Origin: an uncultured delta proteobacterium
GTDB lineage: Bacteria; Myxococcota_A; UBA9160; SMWR01
Length of the DNA stretch: 64,000 bases
Reading direction: 5' to 3'
Assembly: GCA_963832165.1 (NCBI GenBank)
Contig: CAWHTE010000003.1
Coordinates: 704,001 to 768,000 of the forward strand
Shown here: piece by piece, positions 55,938 through 64,000 of the stretch
How positions within the stretch are numbered: position 1 is the first letter of the stretch
How the letters are laid out: the number at the start of each line of letters is the position of its first letter
Notes under the pieces: model-generated
Databases searched by the model: none
Told to the model about the DNA's origin: nothing
The model's input: the letters and a program-made list of their open reading frames with translations, nothing else
Translations under genes and position numbers: made by a program

Positions 55938-56783
55938 ATGGAGCAGGACCTTCTGAGGCTCGACGGCCGCGTCGTCGTGGTGTCGGGCGCTGCGGGCGGC
56001 GGCATCGGGACGACCGTGGTGGGCATGGTGGCTCGCGCAGGGGCGACCGTGATCGCAGTGAGTCGCTCGGATGCGAACCTCGATCGTCACATCGGACCGC
56101 TCGCATCGCAGGGGCTCGCGATCACGTCGGTCGCGGCCGATGCGCAGACCGAAGCGGGCGTCGCCGCCGTGATGAAGAGCGTGCGAGCCGCGAAGGGAGA
56201 GCTTCACGGACTCGTGAACGTCGCGGGGGGCGCCGCGCCGTCCACCTGGTGTCCGACGACGCGGCTCTCGCGAGACGATCTGCGCGCGCTGTTCTCGCAG
56301 AACTTCGAGTCGATGTTCTTCATGAGCCAGTCGGTCGCCGCGGAGCTGAAGGCGCAGCGGCGCCCGGGATCCCTGGTCTCGATCTCCTCGATCAGCGGCG
56401 TGGGCCCGGCGCCCTTCCACTCGGGCTATGGCGCGGCCAAAGCGGCGATGCTGTCCGTGGTCAAGACGATGGCGCTCGAGCTCGCCGCAGATGGGATTCG
56501 CGTCAACGCCGTGGCGCCGGGGCCGACTGCGACGCCCGCGTCGGGCACCTACGTCGAAGACGATCCCCAGCGCGACCGCCGCGCGATTCCGATGGGTCGC
56601 CGCGGCCGGCCGGAGGAGGTTGCGGGCGCAATCCTGTTCCTGCTGTCGGATCTGTCCAGCTACCTCACGGGCCAGTGCCTCGTGATCGACGGCGGAATCC
56701 ACCTGAAGTGGTCGCATCTCGCCGAGGACAACACGCCCGCGTTCCTCAAGGACGAATCGTTCCGCGCGGCGATGAAACTCTGA
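55938..56783 (+). CDS. Short-chain dehydrogenase/reductase
   Basis: GGAGG RBS. Motifs SGAAGGGIG, YGAAK, VNAVAPG and DGG. Confidence 0.9.
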   Translation: MEQDLLRLDGRVVVVSGAAGGGIGTTVVGMVARAGATVIAVSRSDANLDRHIGPLASQGLAITSVAADAQTEAGVAAVMKSVRAAKGELHGLVNVAGGAAPSTWCPTTRLSRDDLRALFSQNFESMFFMSQSVAAELKAQRRPGSLVSISSISGVGPAPFHSGYGAAKAAMLSVVKTMALELAADGIRVNAVAPGPTATPASGTYVEDDPQRDRRAIPMGRRGRPEEVAGAILFLLSDLSSYLTGQCLVIDGGIHLKWSHLAEDNTPAFLKDESFRAAMKL

Positions 56784-56797
56784 GCGTGGAGAAGGTC

Positions 56798-58186
56798 ATG
56801 AGCAAGACGGCTCCCATCGAGAGCGAGACGCTGTCCGATCCGGTCGAGGAGCTGTTGGAGCCCGTGACGATCGGCGTGGAGGCGTACCTCTCCGAGGAAT
56901 ACGCCCGAGCCGAGCGCGACAAGCTGTGGCGCAAGGTGTGGCAGCAGGTCGGCCGTCTCGAAGAGATCTCCGAGGTCGGCGACTACATCAGCTACGAGAT
57001 CCTCGACGACTCGATCCTGATCGTCCGCGTCGCGCCCGATCGGATCCGCGCCTACTACAACGTGTGCTCGCATCGCGGTCGGCGGCTCATCGACACGCCG
57101 AAGGGTGCCAAGCGAGCGCGCGGCCGGAAGCAGCACTTCGTGTGCGGATTCCACGGCTGGCGCTACGGCCTCGAAGGCCAGTGCACTCACGTGCCCGACG
57201 TGGAGAACTGGAAGAACGTGCTCACGGAAGAGCGCACGCGGCTCGGCCAGGTCGAGGTCGACACGTGGGGCGGATGGATCTGGGTCAACATGGATCCCGA
57301 CTGTGGGCCGTTGCGCGGCTATCTCGAACCCGCCGTGACCATGCTCGACCCCTTCGAGCTCGAGAACATGCGACCGCGCTGGCGCCGGTGGCTCGTCTTC
57401 GACTGCAACTGGAAGGTCGCCATGGAGGCATTCGCCGAGACCTACCACGTGACGGTGACCCATCCCGAGTTCATGCGGTTCGGCGATTTCCGCGGCTGGG
57501 CCAGGGTGCAGGGACGGCATAGCAACATCGGCTACGACGCCCCGAAGGGCCTCGACGAGAACCAGGCAAAGCTGCGCCTCGGCGCGGGCGCCGACCCGCG
57601 CGTCTCGACGGCGGAGATGCAGGTCTATACCTGGGAGCAGGTGAACACCAACACCACGAAGACGCTCGTCGACGCGGCGCTGCGGCTCGTCGACGAGCTG
57701 CCCGAGGGCACTCCGGCCGACAAGGTGCTCAAGCACTGGCTCGATTCCGCGCGCAGCGACGACGCCGCGCGCGGCGTGATCTGGCCGACCGTCCCGCCCG
57801 AACACGTCGGACGCAGCGGCACCGCCTGGCAGATCTTTCCCAACTTCCAGATCGGTCACGCCGTGAACAACGCGCTCTGCTACAGCGCGCGCCCGCACGG
57901 CTACGACCCCAACCAGTGCATCTTCGAGGTGGCCGTCTACGAGCTGTTCCCGAAAGGGAAGGAGCCCGAGACGGAATGGGAGTACCTGCCGGCGGACGAC
58001 CCGAGATGGGGAAGCGTCTTGCCGCAGGATTTCTCCAACATGGCCGCGGTGCAGCAGGGCATGAAGGCGCGCGGCTTCCGCGGTACGCAGCCCAACCCGT
58101 ATCGCGAGCGCAGCGTCGCCAACCTGCACCGCAACCTGGCCCGTTACATGGGCACCGGCGCGCCGCGGCCGCTCAGGGAGGTTTGA
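56798..58186 (+). CDS. Rieske non-heme iron oxygenase alpha subunit
   Basis: Rieske site CSHRG..CGFHGW, mononuclear Fe site NWK..EAFAETYHV..H, and QDFSNM..VQQG. Confidence 0.92.
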   Translation: MSKTAPIESETLSDPVEELLEPVTIGVEAYLSEEYARAERDKLWRKVWQQVGRLEEISEVGDYISYEILDDSILIVRVAPDRIRAYYNVCSHRGRRLIDTPKGAKRARGRKQHFVCGFHGWRYGLEGQCTHVPDVENWKNVLTEERTRLGQVEVDTWGGWIWVNMDPDCGPLRGYLEPAVTMLDPFELENMRPRWRRWLVFDCNWKVAMEAFAETYHVTVTHPEFMRFGDFRGWARVQGRHSNIGYDAPKGLDENQAKLRLGAGADPRVSTAEMQVYTWEQVNTNTTKTLVDAALRLVDELPEGTPADKVLKHWLDSARSDDAARGVIWPTVPPEHVGRSGTAWQIFPNFQIGHAVNNALCYSARPHGYDPNQCIFEVAVYELFPKGKEPETEWEYLPADDPRWGSVLPQDFSNMAAVQQGMKARGFRGTQPNPYRERSVANLHRNLARYMGTGAPRPLREV

Positions 58187-58188
58187 AC

Positions 58189-59895
58189 ATGGGTGTCCCC
58201 GTTTATGAACGGATCCTCCAGCTCTTCGAAGCCGAGGGCATCAACACGCTCTTCGGGATCCCCGACCCGAACTTCGTGCACATGTTCGTCACCGCGGAGC
58301 AGCGCGGCTGGCAGGTCGTCGCTCCGCATCACGAAGAGTGCGCGGGCTTCATGGCGGAAGCGGCGTCGCGCATGACGGGCAGGGCGGGTCTCTGCATCGG
58401 AACGCTGGGGCCCGGCGTCGCCAATCTGGCCGGCGCGATCATGTGCGCACAGCGGGAACATTCGCCGGTCGTCTTCCTCGGCGGTCAGCGCGCGCGGATC
58501 ACCGAGCAGCGGGTGCGGCGGGGCCGGATTCAATTCATCTCGCAACCGGGCCTCTTCGCACCGATGGTGAAGTACGCGGGCGTCATCGAGTACCCGGACC
58601 AGACCGACGAGATCATCCGCGAGGCGCTGCGCCGCGCGCAGTCGGGGACGCCGGGACCGGTCTACATCGAATATCCCGTGGGCGTGATCCAGGCCGAGCT
58701 AGACGTGCCGCCGCCCCTGCCGCCCGAGGCGTATCGCCTCGTGCGTCAGGCTGCGAGCGCTCCCGCGATCGATGCGGCCGTGAAGCTGATCCGCAACGCG
58801 AAGCAGCCGATCCTGCTCGTGGGGCACGGCGTGTTCGTGTCGCGCGGACACGACTCGGTCGCGGCGCTCGCGCGCGCGCTCGCGTGCCCCGTGATCCAGA
58901 CCTCGGGCGGCACCTCGTTCCTCGAGGGCCTGGAAGACCGCACGTTCTCCTACGGCTTCTCGCCCGCAGCGGTCGATGCGGTGGTGAACTCGGACCTGTG
59001 CATCGCGATCGGCACCGAGCTCGGTGAGCCGGTCCACTACGGCAAGGGGCGCCATTGGGAACCGGGCGATGCCGAGCGGAAGTGGATCTACGTCGAGCTC
59101 GACCCGCTCGCGATCGGTGTGAACCGGCCGATCGACGTGCCGCTCGTCGGCGATCTCCGGGACGTCGTTCCTCAGCTCGTCACGGCGCTCGGCGATGAGC
59201 CGCGTTCTCCCTCGCCGCAGCTCGAAGTCTGGATCAAAGACGAGGCGAATCGCATCGCGGAGCTCGCCGCGTCGGCTCCCAGCGGCAAGACGCCCGTCCA
59301 TCCAGCGCGCTTCGTGGTCGAGGCGACGAAGGCCTTCCCGAAGGACGGCATCATGGTGCGCGACGGCGGCGCCATCACGATCTTCACGTGGACCTACTCG
59401 CAAGCGAAGCCGAACGACGTCGTGTGGAACCAGAACTTTGGCCACCTCGGGACCGGACTTCCCTACGCGGTCGGCGCCTCGGTTGCGGAGGGCAGGCGGC
59501 GGCCCGTGATGCTGCTCACGAGCGACTCGTCGTTCCTGTTCCACATCTCCGAGCTCGAGACGGCTGCGCGCCTGAAGCTCCCCCTCGTGTGCGTCGTGGG
59601 CTGCGACTATGCGTGGGGTCTCGAGGTGGGCGTCTACAAGCGCACGTTCGGTGCGGGATCCCCGGAGACCGGCGTGCACTGGAGCAAGGAGGTGCGGTTC
59701 GACAAGATCGCGGAGGGCTTCGGCTGCTACGGCGAGTACGTCGAGCGCGAAGAGGAGATCGGACCGGCCATCCAGCGCGCATTCGCGAGCGGCAGACCCG
59801 GCGTGATCCACGTTCCGATCGACGAGGAAGCGAACTCGACCGAGATGCCGAACTATCAAGAGTTCAGGACGTGGTACGCCGAAGGCATGCAGTGA
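58189..59895 (+). CDS. ThDP-dependent enzyme (acetolactate synthase / 2-hydroxyacyl-CoA lyase fold)
   Basis: Motifs LFGIP, HHEECAGFMA, GPGVAN, PGPVYIEYP and FGHLGTGLPYAVGA. Variant cofactor motif SDSS..GCD. Confidence 0.88.
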   Translation: MGVPVYERILQLFEAEGINTLFGIPDPNFVHMFVTAEQRGWQVVAPHHEECAGFMAEAASRMTGRAGLCIGTLGPGVANLAGAIMCAQREHSPVVFLGGQRARITEQRVRRGRIQFISQPGLFAPMVKYAGVIEYPDQTDEIIREALRRAQSGTPGPVYIEYPVGVIQAELDVPPPLPPEAYRLVRQAASAPAIDAAVKLIRNAKQPILLVGHGVFVSRGHDSVAALARALACPVIQTSGGTSFLEGLEDRTFSYGFSPAAVDAVVNSDLCIAIGTELGEPVHYGKGRHWEPGDAERKWIYVELDPLAIGVNRPIDVPLVGDLRDVVPQLVTALGDEPRSPSPQLEVWIKDEANRIAELAASAPSGKTPVHPARFVVEATKAFPKDGIMVRDGGAITIFTWTYSQAKPNDVVWNQNFGHLGTGLPYAVGASVAEGRRRPVMLLTSDSSFLFHISELETAARLKLPLVCVVGCDYAWGLEVGVYKRTFGAGSPETGVHWSKEVRFDKIAEGFGCYGEYVEREEEIGPAIQRAFASGRPGVIHVPIDEEANSTEMPNYQEFRTWYAEGMQ

Positions 59896-59911
59896 CATCG
59901 CGGGATCGAAC

Positions 59912-61751
59912 GTGAAGTGCGCGCCGACCCAGACGCCGGATGACATCGACATCCCCGCGCTGCGCGAGAAGTACCGGCAGGAGCGCGACAAGCGACTGCG
60001 CCCCGAGGGCTCGAAGCAATACGTGGTCGCCGAGGGCGAGTACGCGCACTTCTACGAGGCGGATCCGTATTCACCGCGCGTGGTCCGGGATCCGATCTCG
60101 GAAGATCTCGACGTCGCCGTCATGGGCGGGGGCTTTGCGGGTCTGATCGCGGCCGCGCACCTGAAGCGCGCGGGAGTCTCCGATCTGCGGATCCTGGAGC
60201 TGGGCGGGGACTTCGGCGGCACCTGGTACTGGAACCGTTACCCCGGGATCCAGTGCGACAACGATTCCTATTGCTACCTGCCGCTGCTCGAAGAGCTCGA
60301 TTACGTTCCGAAACAGAAGTTCTCCGACGGCCCCGAGATCTACGAGCACTGCCAGCGCATCGGACGGCATTTCGGACTCTACGAATCCGCGCTGTTCGGG
60401 ACGCTGGTTCGGTCGCTGCGCTGGAACGCGGCGATCCGCCGCTGGTGCATCGGCACGAACCACGGCGACGACATCCGGGCCCGCTTCGTCGTGATGGCTG
60501 CTGGCTTCGCGAATCGGCCCAAGCTGCCGGGCGTTCCCGGCATCGAGAGCTTCAGGGGACACAGCTTCCACACGTCTCGCTGGGATTATGCGTATACGGG
60601 GGGAGACTCGACCGGGGGACTGGAGAACCTGCGCGACAAGCGAGTCGCGATCATCGGCACGGGCGCGAGCGCGATCCAGGTGATCCCGTTCCTGGGCCGC
60701 TATTCGAAGCAGCTGTACGTGTTCCAGCGGACGCCTTCCTCGGTAGACGAACGCGGCAACACGCCCACCGATCCCGAGTGGGTGCGATCGCTCGCGGCCG
60801 GGCTGGCAGAAGGAGCGCCAGGCCAACTTCCACTTCTGGAGCCCGCTCGGGTTCGCGGGCCTCGTGCCGGGCCGCAAGGACATCGTCTGCGACTTCTGGA
60901 CCGAGATGACCCGCAATCTCGCCGCGAAGGTCGAAGCGATGGGCAATCCGGCGCTGACCCCCGAGCAGGTCGGGGGGATGCTCGAGGAGGAGGACTTCCG
61001 GGTGATGGAGCGGCTGCGCCGCCGCGTCGACGAGATCGTCGTGGACGAGAAGACCGCAGAGTCGCTCAAGCCCTGGTTCCGGTTCCTGTGCAAGCGGCCG
61101 CTCTCCAACGAGGACTATCTGGCGACGTTCAACCGGCCGAACGTCGCGTTGGTCGACGTGTCGGCGTCGAAGGGCGTCGAACGGATCACCGAGAGGGGAG
61201 TCGTCGCGAACGGCGTCGAGTACGAAGTCGACTGCATCATCTACGCGAGTGGCTTCGAGATCTCCACCGAGATCAGCCGGCGCTACAGCATCGACGCCAT
61301 CGAAGGCCGCGATGGCCTGTCGCTCTTCGATCACTGGGCGGACGGATTCAAGACCCTCCACGGCATGACGAGCCATGGTTTTCCGAACCAGTTCTTCACG
61401 GGCTTCAGTCAGGGGGGCATCAGCGCCAGCGTCACCTCGATGTACGAACAACAGGGTGAGCACATCGCCTACATCATCAAAGAGGCGTTGACGCGCGGTG
61501 CCGCGACCGTGGAGCCCAGTAAGGTTGCCCAGGACGAGTGGTGCCGGATCATCCGGGAGTCCGCCGTGCCCGACGGAGGGTTCGCGCAGGAATGCACCCC
61601 GGGCTACTACAACAACGAGGGCGGCGGCGGCGGCGAGGGCATCCGCTCTGCGCTGGGCGAGCCCTATGGACCCGGCTTCTACGCCTTCGACGAGCTGTTG
61701 CGCGAATGGCGCGACCGGGGCGATCTCGAGGGCCTCGTCCTGGGAACCTGA
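59912..61751 (+). pseudogene. Baeyer-Villiger monooxygenase with one apparent +1 frameshift (~60797)
   Basis: GGGFAG, GGTWYWNRYPG..CD, fingerprint FRGHSFHTSRWD and GTGAS. After the shift: CKRP, ASGF and CTPGYYNNEG. Confidence 0.85.
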
Positions 61752-61815
61752 TGCGCGCACCGGGGCGCGCGATCCGATCGTCACACAGAGAAGAGCTTCA
61801 GGGAGAATCTTGCAT

Positions 61816-63012
61816 ATGTCCCAGCGCAGCACGGACCACGACCAACCGCAGCTCGATCTCTCCGATGTCGACCACCGCGTCGGCAAGCCGGTCGGCGGCG
61901 GGCAGCTGCGGGAGCCGTGCAACACCACCGACATCCGCCGGTGGGTGATGGCGATGGACTATCCCAATCCGGTTCACTGGGATGAGGAGTTTGCGCGCAC
62001 GACCCGGTTCGGCGGCCTCGTCGCGCCTCAGTCCATCTGTGTGAGTCTCGACTACGGCCACGGCGCGCAACCCGCCTGCGTCGGACGCATCCCGGGCAGT
62101 CACCTGATCTTCGGCGGCGAGGAGTGGTGGTTCTACGCCTCCCACCTCAAGCCCGGGGATCAGCTGTTCCAGGAGCGCCGCTTCCACGACTACAAGGTGG
62201 TCGACACGAAGTTCGCCGGTCCGACCATGTTCTCGCGCGGCGACACGATCCACACCAACCAGCACGGGATCATGGTGGCGAAGGAGCGCTCGACGACGAT
62301 CCGCTACCTCGCGGCCGAGGCCGAGAAGCGGGGAATGTACGAGAACCAGCTGGCGCCGATCCGGCGCTGGACGCGACAGGAGCTCGAGGAGATCGAGAAG
62401 CTGCGATACGAGTGGCTGATGTCGAATCGGCTCGGCATCTCGCCGCGCTTCGAGGAGGTGAAGGTCGGCGACACGCTGCCGCGCCGAGTGCTGGGACCGC
62501 ATAGCATCGCCAGCTTCACCACCGAATATCGCGCGTTCATCTTCAACATCTGGGGCACCTTCCGCTGGGTGGCGCCGCCGGGCGTGAAGGATCCGTGGAT
62601 CTACCAGGATCCGGGTTGGGTCGAGGGCTTCGCGTTCGACGAGGAGGGCGCCAAGATCGACCCGCGCCTGCGCGACGGGCTCTACGTCGGTCCTTCGCGG
62701 GGGCACATCGACGCGGAGCGGGCCGGCGAGGTCGGCATGGCCCGAGCCTACGGCTACGGCGCGACGATGGGTGCGTGGTGCACCGACTATCTGTCCTTCT
62801 GGGCCGGCCACGAGGGCATGGTGCGCCACTCGAAGGCGCCGTTCCGGGCTCCCGCCTTCGAGGGGGACATCACCTACCTCGACGGCGAGGTGATCGCGAA
62901 GGAGACCGAGACCGCGTTCGGGGTTCCTCTGGTCACCGTGAAGGTGCGCATGACGAATCAGGATGGCGCGGTGCTCGTCGACGCGACGGCCGAGGTGGAG
63001 CTGCCGCTTTGA
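61816..63012 (+). CDS. Double hot-dog (MaoC/FAS1-like) dehydratase family protein, paralog of 42535..43710
   Basis: Shares LD.SDVD..GKP.GG, APQS, IFGG.EWWF, TKFAGPTMFSRGDT, GPSRGH and YGYGA.MGAW. Confidence 0.8.
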   Translation: MSQRSTDHDQPQLDLSDVDHRVGKPVGGGQLREPCNTTDIRRWVMAMDYPNPVHWDEEFARTTRFGGLVAPQSICVSLDYGHGAQPACVGRIPGSHLIFGGEEWWFYASHLKPGDQLFQERRFHDYKVVDTKFAGPTMFSRGDTIHTNQHGIMVAKERSTTIRYLAAEAEKRGMYENQLAPIRRWTRQELEEIEKLRYEWLMSNRLGISPRFEEVKVGDTLPRRVLGPHSIASFTTEYRAFIFNIWGTFRWVAPPGVKDPWIYQDPGWVEGFAFDEEGAKIDPRLRDGLYVGPSRGHIDAERAGEVGMARAYGYGATMGAWCTDYLSFWAGHEGMVRHSKAPFRAPAFEGDITYLDGEVIAKETETAFGVPLVTVKVRMTNQDGAVLVDATAEVELPL

Positions 63013-64000
63013 GCGAGCTCTCGATCGTCAAGGGACCGCCGCTCTCCGAGGAGCCCGGTCTCGGGGCGCTCACGCTGCCCGGCTTCGTGCGCGAGGTGAC
63101 GGACCGCTTCGCCGCGCGCGAAGCCGTGGTCTTCCATTCGCCGGAGGGTGCGCTGCGCTGGACCTACGCCGATCTGTGGCAGCGCTCGCTCGAGGTGGCC
63201 AGGGCGCTCGTCGCGTGTGGCATCGGGAGGGAAGGGCGCGTCGGCGTCATGACGACGAACCGTCCGGAGTGGATCGCGGCGGTATTCGGGACCGCGCTCG
63301 CGGGCGGCATTGCCGTCCCGATCAGCACGTTCTCGACGGTGCCGGAGCTCGACTACATGCTCCGGGTCTCCGGTGTCTCGATCCTGCTGTTCGAAGGGGT
63401 CGTCCTCAAGAAGAGCTTCGTCGAGATGCTATGCGAGATGGAGCCGGCCATTCGCGAGTTCGCTCCGGGCCGGCTCGAGTCGGCGCGCTTTCCGTTCCTG
63501 CGTCATCTCGCGGCGATCGGGTCCGACCAGAAGGGGGCGATCGAGGGCTGGACCGACTTTCTCGCGCGCGGCGAGTGCGTACCCGATGCGCTGGTCGATG
63601 CGCGCGCTGCAGCCGTCCAGCCCAGCGACACGGGTACGCTCTTCTTTTCCTCGGGTTCCACGAGCAAGCCCAAGGGAATCCTGAGCTCGCATCGAGGCGT
63701 GGCGATCCAGCTCTGGAGAGTCGGGCGCCTGTTCGCGCTCGAAGGCGACATCCGCTGCTGGACCGCGAACGGCTTGTTCTGGTCGGGTAATTTCTGCATG
63801 GCGCTCGGTGTCACCTTCTCTTCGGGCGGCGCAATGGTGCTCCAGCCGACCTTCCACGCCGTCGAGGCGCTGGATCTCTTGCAGGCGGAATGCGTGAGCT
63901 ACCCGATCGCCTGGCCGCATCAGTGGGCGCAGCTGGAAGAGGCGCCCAACTACCGACGCGTGGACCTGCGCAACCTGCGGTATGTCGATCGAGACAACCC
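63009..64000 (+). CDS. AMP-dependent acyl-CoA synthetase, truncated by the window edge (absent from the ORF track)
   Basis: TTG overlaps the upstream TGA. Translates SELSIVKGPPLSEEPGLG..NRPEW..FFSSGSTSKPKG..WPHQW, with no stop seen. Confidence 0.85.
   Translation, partial: MSELSIVKGPPLSEEPGLGALTLPGFVREVTDRFAAREAVVFHSPEGALRWTYADLWQRSLEVARALVACGIGREGRVGVMTTNRPEWIAAVFGTALAGGIAVPISTFSTVPELDYMLRVSGVSILLFEGVVLKKSFVEMLCEMEPAIREFAPGRLESARFPFLRHLAAIGSDQKGAIEGWTDFLARGECVPDALVDARAAAVQPSDTGTLFFSSGSTSKPKGILSSHRGVAIQLWRVGRLFALEGDIRCWTANGLFWSGNFCMALGVTFSSGGAMVLQPTFHAVEALDLLQAECVSYPIAWPHQWAQLEEAPNYRRVDLRNLRYVDRDN

Overview
This is a high-GC, gene-dense bacterial window with about 52 genes. I saw no rRNA, tRNA, CRISPR array, integrase or transposase. 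A TonB-dependent receptor, a small outer-membrane barrel and a PEP-CTERM protein indicate a diderm host, possibly an uncultured Myxococcota/Binatota-type lineage (inference). About 53 kb (1-25 kb and 35.6-64 kb) is a patchwork of catabolic operons for hydrophobic or cyclic substrates. These encode acyl-CoA ligases and dehydrogenases, family III CoA-transferases, thiolase/DUF35 pairs, LLM (probably F420) oxidoreductases, sulfotransferases, APH-type kinases, amidohydrolases, hydantoinase A/B, double hot-dog dehydratases, a P450, a Rieske oxygenase, a ThDP enzyme and a BVMO. A 10.5 kb cell-envelope island (25.1-35.6 kb) interrupts them. It ends in a strongly cationic PEP-CTERM protein with a readable sigma-54 promoter, an IHF site and a triple upstream repeat. 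Other non-coding signals are a ~54 bp bidirectional promoter cassette present twice in inverted orientation (plus a degenerate third copy), paired HutC-type operators, and a relic 3' end of an acyl-CoA dehydrogenase gene. Five genes carry six frameshifts, all +1 insertions, which are probably sequencing errors. All functional calls come from motif reading only, and substrates are unknown.
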